Positions 51,398 to 62,003 of a DNA stretch of 64,000 nt are shown piece by piece. Made by a program: the position numbers and the translations under genes. The stretch covers positions 1-64,000 of the forward strand of contig JALMLS010000450.1 in NCBI GenBank assembly GCA_038496445.1, written 5' to 3'. Under the pieces are notes generated by a model that was not told where the DNA came from, did not search any database, and saw nothing but the letters and a program-made list of their open reading frames with translations. The first letter of the stretch is position 1. Each line of letters begins with the position of its first letter. This DNA comes from Trichosphaerium sp. ATCC 40318. Its lineage: Eukaryota; Protista; Tubulinea.

Positions 51398-52818
51398 CAA
51401 CAGAAATAAGATCTTCCCACCTTTTCGGGATTGGTACTTATTTGGTAAGTTTTTGGTAGTTTAACGGAAAAGGAAAGCGTGGAACGCAACTTTATGTTTA
51501 GAATTATTTGAAACCTGTACTTTTAGGACTCTTTGGATACTACCAAACTACCAATTGATAGTATCATTACTATTACAACACTAAACTATGGGCAACAAAA
51601 GCAATAAGGCTTTAAAACAAAGAAAAGAAGACACCAAACCACCAGAGATACCTAAAGTACACTTTTGTGTTACTGGAAAGGGTGCAGGTGCGTTCGTAAA
51701 ACAACTGGAGGTACCACAAACCAAAGATTAAGCTTAAAACCGATAATCGTGTATGTAGACTTTTGGAGAAATGATTGAAGGCATCTTCTGGTTCTATCAA
51801 CGAGGGTACACTATATTTTGTTTTGTCGTTCACCCACATCAATGAGAATCTGATAACTTTGTAGATATGGACTGGGTGACTCGCTTGCAGGTGCGATAAA
51901 AGCTGTTAGAGTTTTTTTTCGAAAGTGTTCCAGATTGTTTTTCGCTTTTGTGATGTAGGTATCTACTGCCTGTTTCTTGATTAGTGTAGTTTGTAGTGAA
52001 AATATACTATTAAAGCCCGTTAACAAGGCAAACACACGGTGTAGGACTCAGGAAGGAATACTTATCACATTATTAAACGTAAAAGAAATCCTTAAACCAA
52101 AATCCGTCACGGGATTATTTTCGTTTGTTTCTTCAGTTTACGGTTACTGACATGTTGTCATATAGATAGTGCAACATCTAACAGGGTCACCATAAATAAG
52201 GATAAATACATGTGTATTGTACAAAAATAATATGTGCTGCACATATTCTGGTGTTAATGGTTTTTAGGTAAACGATTACAATGACCTGGGTGCTACAATA
52301 ACATGCACAAGAATAACCTGTCACGAAGTATTCTATGTTATTGTTGATCCATATGACGTGAGTCTTGAAAAGGCGGTAAAGGAAATAAAACAATTGTTAC
52401 ATGGTTTGGAATATTATAAGAGTTTTGAGCAAGAAGAAGCAGTTGCTTATATTTTGATCCCTGAGAAGCATGAGCAATTTTTAGAAAAGATTCAAGAGGT
52501 AAGAGTCTCCGCTTTCTACAACACAAGTTTGAAATGAAAAGAACAAACCTGCTCCACTCACTCTATCAACAATCAATTCAAAAAAAAGTAAAATAGTTGA
52601 CCTTTTTTTTTTAGCAAGTCATGGATTTGAACCTTGAAGCAGAGCATTTAGACATGAAAAGAGTTTTATCGATGCCATCAGAGTGGTTAGAAATTAAAGG
52701 AGTTTTATTGATGCCAAAAGATCCACAGGGGATATCAGATTTAATACTAAACCATTGTGAACCTTTTATCACATCACAGTAATTACACTGGAACACATTG
52801 TAATAAATAAACTGAACC
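51398..52818. repeat. ~1.4-kb direct repeat, copy 2
   Basis: Colinear with 45067-46434. Confidence 0.95.
52166..52782 (+). CDS. Spliced gene of unknown function in repeat copy 2
   Basis: Same exon structure as 45812-46395, with in-frame indels of +3 and +27 nt. Confidence 0.6.
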
Positions 52819-53479
52819 TATATTAGAGATACCCTTGTAAGTACTTTAAATGTCTTTGTTTAATTTGGTATAAGATAACGATGTCATTTGACTTGATCAA
52901 CTGTGATGTCTTGAATAGGTTCTTAGCATTGGGTAATACTGTTTGTTGTGTTTTTAAAGTCAAACACTTACGAAGATCACTTACATTACAATGCAACTGT
53001 GGTCTAAACGTGCTAAACCCAAAAACCGTGATATGAAAAAGTTGTTCACAATATCCGCGCTACTCGCCTTGGCCTATTAGCATCACTTTATTACATTGTT
53101 GCATAGACTTCTAAGCCTTCAACGTCAATTAAATGACGAAATGGTTTGTATTTTGGAAACGATTGGTTTTACTCAGTAGGAAAACAGTTGCCTTCACTCG
53201 TATTGTTTATAAAAGTAAGAAAAACCAAGTCAATTTTGTTAATTACAGGGTGCTCGAAAAATGATAATAATATCAAAGCCACGTGATCCTAGAAAGACTA
53301 GCAAGCCTAATCGTTTATAGTAATTTTTTATCCACTTACTTCCGAATAACTTGCGTCTGCTACTATGACGCGCATGGAGGACGTTTCGTGATCATGTACT
53401 ATTTCCACAAAACGAACAATGACATGCAAATAGCCTGCATCACGGTAATGTCCCCAACACTTAATAAGTTAGAACGCCT

Positions 53480-54570
53480 TTAGAGTATTTCTATGTGGTC
53501 AAATACCTGAGGTGCATTTGAAAATGTGCCAGTGCTGCCATATCTTCCTGATTGTATCTCATGAACAGAAGTTGTTGATTTTGTTACATAAGGCTTTAAA
53601 AAAGGCCTTGCAAGTATTTGTTTCTCGCTCAAAAGAACAGCTAACCAAATATTAGCATATCTCTTTAGATGTTAACTACAGCTGCAATAAAAGTATGAGA
53701 TAATGTTTGTACCATCCTTCTTTGCTATTAGTGGGTATACAAATGGGTTTTTACTACCCTCGAGAGTAATATACAGCTTTGCATTTGAAAATTTCTTGAT
53801 CTTATCCTCGGGAATGACTACATCAGGATGTTGTTTTTTCAGTGAAGACAAAAACGCATCAATCAATACATCATTAAGCATAGCTACATGAAACCTAAAC
53901 ATGCGTTGTTATACAATAAAAGAGATAAAAAAACCCCATCTCCATACACTTTGAATGGAACTGTAGCAATGTACTGCTTTGCTCCTTGTTTAGATAAATC
54001 GATACCCAAGTTAACATTACAAGTATTATATGTCCCAAACGTCTGATAGTTAAGAGCTGTCAGTATTAAAGCCATCAAATGGCTATGTCTCATGGCATCT
54101 GCAGACAAGCTACCACCACTTGAGTGTGGAAGTGTACACTTGAAAATCTTAACAGTATCAACTTTGTAAAGCCGTCGCAAGAATTGTTGAAATGAACCTA
54201 TGTATGGAACATTTTCGCTTGTTGTCCAATCAATAAGGTGTTTTTTAAAGTTAGGACTGATATCTTCATCATGCTTGATTATGTTCGGGCAACTGATGAA
54301 GGTGTTGATGTACTCATCAAGCCAACTTGTTTCATCTTGTTTTATAAAGCCCTATAAACACATAAGCGCTAAATCTACAGTAAACCAAATCGAGAACGAG
54401 TTACCTCTATATCTTCAAGGGCGAAGTCGGCTTTGCAGATGGTACGCCATAAATAGTCGCATTGAGCTATACACCTCCAATCCTATACTAAATGAATACT
54501 TTGTAACGTTTAATATGCCCAGCACCTTCGATACTAGACTAGAGAGAATTTTATTATGTAGTTCCCATTT
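53480..54570 (-). CDS. F-box-like protein with unknown C-terminal domain; multi-exon, 5' end uncertain
   Basis: LVSK|DWRCIAQCDYLWRTICKADF is typical of the second half of an F-box; it splices in frame to the 53884-54352 and 53672-53900 exons. Confidence 0.55.
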
Positions 54571-55224
54571 GGAAAAAAAATCGCCAAGTCCTTAGCAGTA
54601 AACAAAAACGTGAATTTATTTTTTGTACATTATCTACTATATGTCGGGCATATTCTGTTATAATTAGAGCGTTCAAAATTATTGTGCAATATCTCCATGA
54701 GTTGCTTAAGTTTTTACATGTGATTTTTACAAATTATAGGCAAAAAGTCTCATCCCCTGTTCCATAATAGTAATCTAAAAAGCTCCAATCAATTGCCATG
54801 TACACTGTAGTATCATTGGAAGGAGTTTGGCTAGCAATAAAGTCGCTATCCAATTGCCCAAAATTTTAAGTTTTTTGGCTGTTCACTACTTTTAAACGTT
54901 GTTACTTTAACTCTGTACCCTCTCACATACCAATTTTGAATGAAAGCGTGCATATGACGGTATTTTGACATGTTTTGTTTTTTTTGTGCTGACCTGCGGC
55001 AACTTCTTCAATTGGTTCATTGCACTCAAACCCCAAACGCCTGTCCTTGTGTGGGCATGATTGTTGAGTGGTTTGATGGACTATTTTTGGTATTTTTTAA
55101 TTTGAGTCTATAAACGGTTCACTAGGCATGAATTTGTCCCTGCATACCTCAGAAAGTGTATTAATAACTTTTTGTACTACAAAAAAATAGTTGAGATGGG
55201 ATATTTAGGCGAAATCTCAAAGAC

Positions 55225-55313
55225 AAACCATAAAACGGCAGCCATACTCTCAGAACGGGTAGTCATTAATGTGTTATAATATTTGACGCATTATGGCTGC
55301 CGTTTAATGGTTT
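55225..55313. repeat. 22-bp inverted repeat with 45-nt spacer
   Basis: AAACCATAAAACGGCAGCCATA (55225-55246) versus TATGGCTGCCGTTTAATGGTTT (55292-55313), 21/22 complementary. Confidence 0.85.
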
Positions 55314-56177
55314 TGAACGTACCTTTAACACAACTGCATTTTCATTCACACAATGACTGCACGCAAATGCTTTTAGCCGTGTGCTATGCATGTCTAACAA
55401 GCAAAGAAAGCTTCCCATGTGCTATTGGGTATTTTTTAATTGTACTGTGACTCAAAAGCCTGTAGCAGCCCTTAGGTATTCACAACAGACACAACATTCC
55501 AAGTGAGACATATGCTAGTGGTATCAACATTGAAAAGGCATAACAGGAGGAGAAAATAGTATTTTAAAATCTTCTCCGCAAAAATAATTTTTTTTTGTGC
55601 AGAATCAGAGTTGATTTTTTTTTGACGTTCAAAGTCAAAAAAGCACAATAAAAACAATTAAAACATGATCCCCACGCATGTGTGCGTGTATACAAGAAGT
55701 GGAACTGCTTAATAAAATTCTCTCTACAGGAGCAAATATCGTGCACAGTTCCTTCCCCGGAAATAACATAGCTGTATAGATAGAAGAACGTCTGGATTAA
55801 GCGCTTGGCTCATTTGTACGACGAGTAAACTACTACAAGACTTTGACTGACCATTCATGAGTAGTTTTTTTCTTCAAACACATTTGAAATTCACTCGAGC
55901 CTTCTTAAAATGTAGAACAAATCCGCTTGTGTGGCTACGCTAGAGCCACCAAAGACTGAGCGTCTTTCTTCCCTAAGCACGTCTCCCTTATTGCACCCTA
56001 CGAATCTCGTATTGAAAGGTTAATAAGAATGGCTACCGAACTTAAGGGGTGTACGTCTAGTAACTTTGTCAACGAAACCTTGTGATGGTAAAAGGCGCGT
56101 TGTGGTCTAATCAATTGGTCATGGAACGGTTGCTCTACTACCAAGCAATCTACTGAACAGGATACAACTAATATTTT

Positions 56178-57204
56178 TTATAATTTAGAAAGCGTATGTT
56201 CCCACTGTTTTAGTTCATTACGAAATCCTGTATTGGGACTAACTATCTCTCTCTTTGATTTTACAAAGTCAATAGCTTCAGTCACTTTCATATTTTTCTT
56301 TTTCATCAAGTATGCAATAACAATACTGGAACTTCTACTTACACCCATCATACAATGAATAAGAACTTTTCCGCCGCCTTCTTTTGCTTTTTCTATGTTT
56401 TTTCTTACGTTAGTAATCCAAAACAACATAGTCACGTGATTACTAAAACACGCTTGCAAAGACCACTGGATTTTTCGATGAATTAAAATCACGTGCCCAT
56501 AAATTCTATTGATTTGTTAAAGTATGGTGCAATTGCATTTGTTGGGGAGTCTTCAAGGGGTAGATGCAAGTATTCAAAATCATCCGGGTACAGATTACCA
56601 CATCTCACTGTCAAATTGACTATGTGAGTTATCCCAAGTTTGTGTAATCCTTGCCTATACACAGAATAGTAAGTGGATACGTCTATACAAGTAAACAAGG
56701 AACACTGACGTACTTGTCAAAAGCAGCCACTGCGCCACCGAGGAAAAGATCGTTTTGGATAAGTGAAGGTTCATCGATGTTTGTGTCCTATTTTTGGTTT
56801 GATTTTGGTGCTTGCTTGCGAAATTGAACGTATGAAAACGTACTCTTAGAAGCATCCCTAACAACTTTCTCTCTGTTTCACATGTAGAGCTAGAACAGAA
56901 GAAGAATTAAACGCGAAATCAACTAGGTTTATTTACGGTAAACTAATAATACTCTCATTCGCGTTTTTATGTAGTAGAAATACGTACTGTTGCTTGGGTG
57001 CCTTTTTTGCAGGCTTTTTCAAGAGAATTGAACTAAATCTACTATCTAGCACCCTGTGACACTTACCACATCCATTAGTACACGCTTCAGCAACTAATAG
57101 ATTTGTTCTGCAGCTTTTACACATTACCCATCCTAAACGACTAAACTAATGCTTATAATCGCCTGTTGCTTACCAGGAATAGAGCTAGCCTCCCAGTGTT
57201 CCAT
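56178..57204 (-). CDS. Dual-specificity protein phosphatase with N-terminal Cys-rich (Zn-ribbon-like) segment
   Basis: LGITHIVNLT, LPLEDSP, VLIHCMMGVSRS (HCxxGxSRS), IAYLM, SPNTGF. N-terminal MCKSC...CTNGCGKC. Confidence 0.9.
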
Positions 57205-57278
57205 TACTCACCTTAATTGTAATATACTCGAGAACTCGTGGAAATTTCGCGACTATTCGAGGACTCAAGTGCGGTCTT

Positions 57279-57416
57279 TAGAGGTTGCAAATACCGGTCC
57301 ACCTTCCAGATATCAGTTTTCGGTACGTAACCAGATTGGTGTACCTAGTATTACCGTTTGGACCATTTAAGAACCGGTTTTTTATGTTTCGCTACTGAAC
57401 CGTATTTCTGCCTCTA
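57279..57416. mobile_element. Degenerate TAGAGG-ended MITE-like element
   Basis: TAGAGGTTGCAAATACCGGT at the left; the reverse complement of the right end is TAGAGGCAGAAATACGGT. No TSD recognisable. Confidence 0.45.
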
Positions 57417-57574
57417 TTTTGGAGTTTTTTTCAACTCATTTTTGGTTATCAACACTGGCTTTTTAACTAAGAGCTGATGATATTGGTCAGCTGTTGTAAT
57501 GTTAATAATGATAACAGAATAAACTACAGATTAATTTATTTTATTCGAAACACTTCCCAATCAATGTGCAGTAA

Positions 57575-58950
57575 TCATTTCCTTGGTACAATTTCAACAA
57601 ATGTCAGTGGAAACCCATTATTAGGAGGTTCAACATAATAAATAATACCATCTACTAGTACCATCTTAAACAGCACTTTAGGTTCTTTCAAAGTAATCTT
57701 ATGAAGTGGAATGATATGCGTCCTATGTTTCCCAAATATCACGTGTATTATTCCTGAAGCAGTCAATGCATATATATCACCATGTGAATCAAAAGCTATA
57801 TCATATATCTGCGTTGTATGCGTAAAGACAATACTTACATGACTACCAATAACGATTTCAATAAGTTGGTTGTCATTGACTAAGAAGATAATATTGTCAT
57901 CTTTTGGACTTCTTGATAATGTCTGAGGCCACGATAGCTGCCCATCTTTGCCTTTAATATTAATACGTTTACCATCAGATACTCTTGGTTTTGGAAGATT
58001 AAATGTTGAAGTACCAGAAGGTGAACTCATAGCAACACGATGAGAACTTGATTCACAAACTAAATAGCCATCTTCATAAGGTACATAGTTTCCGTTTGGT
58101 CCACTATGACAAAGTCCTTTTGAGGGCTTGAACGGATAAACCTTTATAGGTATGTCTGGATCTGTGTTACTTATAATAATAGCATATGTTATAGAGTGGT
58201 AATAGTTTGAGAAAATAATTGTTGTCTCTTTTTCAATGTCGTCCCAACCAATAGGTTTTTCTTCATAAACTGTTGCTTTCGTTGAGCTTTTTGAAGACAT
58301 GTCTACTATATCAACACAAGTATGATACTTCCCTTCATCATAGGTGCTTACTACAGCAATCTAAACACAACATTAAGAACAGCAAGTGTCAAAAGCCGAA
58401 GAAGTAAGCTATCTTTTTAGATATAGTTTTCGGTAGTTTCCTGGGTATGACACTGTAAAACTATGAAACCACAGCCATAATTTTGTACCAAATGCTGAAG
58501 TATGGTTGTAACGCCTTTAAACGTTTATGATAATGATGAGAACTGAGATAGCGGTTTTTTCGAAAAACCCAACACTGGGTTTTATGGATTCTCTCCAACC
58601 GTATTTAACGTACTTTGTTGAATGGAAGAACGAACATGTGTTCTAGTTCTAAATGACTCTTCAGGGTGTGATCATCATTTTCAGTCCCTAAGCAGCCCAC
58701 CCAGTGATTTATGTCGTATTGAGTCGTCCACGCCTATTTTACACTAGTTTGAGTCTATACTAGTCTAATTCCACTCGTGTTTAGGGGTTTTGGCGTTAAT
58801 GCGTACTTTAAGAACTCTGGTGTGGCCAACGTGCGATTTGGTTTCTTTTGACGCACAGCGGAGTGAAAATAGCTCTGCGGTGCTCATGAAGTCTATTATT
58901 TCCATTTGAAGTTCTACTGGTAGTGTCGTTAGTGTATAGATACTAGACAT
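57575..58950 (-). CDS. F-box-like head + beta-propeller-like (NHL/SMP-30-like) domain; multi-exon
   Basis: LTTLPVELQMEIIDFMSTAELFSLRCASK. Last exon has GYLVCESSSHRV, GKDGQLSWPQTL and IYDIAFDSHGDIYAL. Confidence 0.65.
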
Positions 58951-59269
58951 CGTGAAGAGAGTGACTATTGTGTAATGTCAGGTGAGTTTTACTAGTTTCA
59001 ACTTATTTCTACACGTTCAGAGAATCTTGCTTAACAATTAGGACTGTGTCAAATACTGTGTATTCTCTCTTGTGCTTTACCTTTATATTTACTAAACTTG
59101 TTTTACATGTGATTTAATGAGCGTCTGAGATGCAGCAGAAGATTGAAATCGAATGTTCAAGTTCACTAGGAAGTGACCATTCGTCTGGTTAGCCATTGAA
59201 AGATACTGTCGTTGTTGTGAATGGCACGGATGATCACTATTTTTTGTTCAGACGTTATTGTAGTTATGT

Positions 59270-59400
59270 CTGATAATGGTGTGTACACCTCCCACCAATG
59301 GTTTGATCACCCTGTTATTCGTCGATATTGATACCTTCATCTGCTATTGATCTATGCCACGCGAGTCTGATAACATGTAATCCTGCCAAAGCCTTGATAT
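59270..59400 (-). pseudogene. Second decayed LRR remnant of the GVHT type
   Basis: IKALAGLHVIRLAWHRSIADEGI and VIKPLVGGVHTI, broken by a shift/stop. Confidence 0.5.
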
Positions 59401-59650
59401 TAGGGTTGTGTACTGGCTTAGTCATAATCAAGGCTTCAATAAAAGAGCACACAAACAATCATGAAAGCAAAATATGGACAAGATGAAATATCCAACCTTC
59501 TACAACGTCATGCAGCCACAGCTTGCAGTTAAAAAACTGACGGTAAATTAAAATCGAGTTTAAAATATTAGGAATTCTATGCTAACATCGCTATTTCAGA
59601 TATCAGCGAGACAATGAAGTTAATATTGTACAAAACAATGTAATTAGTTT

Positions 59651-60315
59651 TATTTTAATTCTGCAGACAAACACAGTAGGTGCCACTTGTTCTTACTTTT
59701 TACAGGGACATACTAGTAATGGTGTTCTTTATAAGTGTTTGTGTCAGCAAGTAAAAACTACAAAAAACTGTTACATAAAAACAAAAACAGATGTAATAGT
59801 ATGCTTACGTTTACAACCACATGACGCTTATGAACTTCAAAACAAACTTGATCAATAATTACTGCCATAAACGCATATAATTCAGGTTGCTCTTCCTCTG
59901 AATTAACAATGGAGACACGGTAGTAGTCAGCAGTGGAACGCAGTTTTGATGTTCGGGCAATTTCTTCTTTTTCCAGTGTTTGAAGAATAAAGTGATAGGT
60001 CCCTTCTTTTATATCTACTTCATGCTTGATACCATAGTTCTGTTCTCCAATGATCACTCTCCAGTTGAAACCATTATCTGGTTTGTAATGCATTGAAGCG
60101 ACAAAGGAACCATCTTTCTTTGTTATGGTATATTTTGGAAAATTTGTCATAAACGTTTTTTCAGCCTTCAGTAATGTCTTGCCTTCAGTGCTTTGAATTT
60201 TAACATCGTTATTTAAGAACTTTCCTTCTGCTTTGTAAAGAAGCTCCTCTTCTTTCGTTTCAACCTTGTATTTTGCTGTTGCTGACCACTCTTTTTGTCT
60301 AACATATATTTCCAT
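59651..60315 (-). CDS. LURP-one-related/scramblase-fold protein, bacterial-like (3' exon boundary uncertain)
   Basis: MEIYVRQKEWSATAKYKVET...LYKAEGKF...FPKYTI...DYYRVSI...AFMAVIID follows the LURP-one/YxjI pattern. Confidence 0.75.
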
Positions 60316-61288
60316 CTTGTAGTAAATTGTTGCTGTGTGTCTTGTATCACGTGTGATTTTGATTTTTTCCTTGTCTTCCATAAATCCCACTCTTCCACAA
60401 TTCTCCATTAATCCTTAATCTCCAATTCTACATCTTTTCCTATACCTCCAGAAAAAAAAGGATGGAACCAAAAAGAGGCAGAAATACGAGAAGTTGAGGT
60501 ATTTGGGTTTAACCCTTTTTGAGTTTTTGGACATACACAAAAGATTGTAGTGACCAAATATCAAATCTACTACCACGCATGCGAACTTAATGCGTATTAT
60601 ACCAAAACAGAACGTATGTGTTTTAAAAAATGTAGCAAGTTGAAGTACTGCTATTACTGCTCCTACGATGCAATTTAGTGCGATCGCAAATTAAAGTACT
60701 GCCTTGTCGTCACTGCATTTTTAATACGTACTGCACGTGATAGTTTTAAAACGCTAAAAATATCTTTAGGTCAAATCTAAAATAACCATTAAGACGATGG
60801 CATGAGGAACGGAACTCATCTGTCATCTCACGACAGAGCGAACTTGTGATTTATTTTAAAAAACAATCAGGTGCATGTGGGTAATTTCAGATTAGCTAAG
60901 CGCCAGTATAGCTAAGGAAGTCCAGCTTACAACTACGCCATAAAGTGGTCAAGGTCACTACAAATGGTACGTAATTGGCTGTTTTACAGGACTTTAAGGA
61001 CTAAATCGTCCCTAAGAAAACTCATAATTTTATGCTCTTGTACAAACTTTCTTTTTAAGCATTTGCTTTGTAGTTATCTGTGGGCGTCAGGTATTCATTA
61101 CAAAAGTTCTTAGCGGAGTTTTAAATTAAAGTTGGTATGTTGGTATTAGAAGAAAACAAGGAACAATGAAGGAATGCGCTACTTTTTTTGACATTCATTT
61201 TACATAGCTCAGTCATTGTCTTCGTCATATCCGATTGCACAGTGACTGTTCCATTCAAAGTCAAATATGTTTCAATAAAGAGGGAGTG

Positions 61289-61519
61289 GGCAAAATCTGG
61301 AAGTTGTTAAAATCTGGAAATGTAAAGAAAGTATGATGGAAGTGCTTTTTCTCCCCACACCATCAACAAATTGAGTCCTCAGTCGCCGGATATGCGCTAT
61401 AGCACCCCGGCCCTCAAGGGGAAGATTATGTGGTATATTTATTGAAGGTGTGGTGAGAAAAAACACTTCCATCACACTTCCTTTACATTTCCAGATTTTA
61501 AAAACTTCCAGATTTTACC
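61289..61519. repeat. Long inverted repeat: 83-bp arms, 65-nt GC-rich spacer
   Basis: 61289-61371 versus the reverse complement of 61437-61519: 75/83 identical, ungapped. Confidence 0.95.
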
Positions 61520-61859
61520 TTTTCCGAAATTTAAGGATTATCATAGCATGACAAGCACAGAAACATTGATGGCAAGCAACGATCACCCTTCCCCGCCCAA
61601 TCGAAGGCGAAACTTTTTGATCCTAAAACTGAATTTAGTTGGAAAACAATTTGTTTGTTTGAGGATCCCTTTTTTCTTTGCATAAATACCACTTGTAAAT
61701 GTATGTTCAAGAGATAAACACTTACTCGTGTTGCGTTAGATCCACCGAGACGTTAGTCTTCCTCCAAACCGGTCCTGTTCTCTCTGTTGTTCACACAAAA
61801 GCCTTTTCATCTAACCAACAAAATCTCATATTTTTAAACGGTTCTGCTGAGTTTCTTTG

Positions 61860-61923
61860 TCGGTTAACCGGCTACAGATTTTTATAGCCGGCTTAGCTGT
61901 GACCTGGACCACGACCACCTCTA
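61860..61923. mobile_element. Solo right end of the hAT-type MITE family
   Basis: Ends CGACCACCTCTA, identical to 51334-51345; has subterminal CGGTTAACCGG; no partner end or TSD found. Confidence 0.6.
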
Positions 61924-62003
61924 TAAGTGAGTTACGCCTGTAAGAGATGATTTAATATCGAATAAATTGATGAGTCATCTACTGACGTGTAATTTTTGAA
62001 CTA

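Noticed and set aside
45067-52818. Direct repeats as LTRs of a retrotransposon
   Set aside because: No TG...CA ends, primer-binding site, TSD or gag/pol remnant is visible, and the repeats contain intron-bearing genes.
42983-52818. Endogenous giant-virus insertion
   Set aside because: No capsid, packaging ATPase, polymerase or other hallmark gene is present, and virus-like genes are interspersed with intron-rich host genes.
54600-56170. Exon-like fragments or a structured RNA (RNase P/MRP) between the F-box and phosphatase genes
   Set aside because: I could not build a consistent reading frame, and the conserved RNase P/MRP motifs are not matched.
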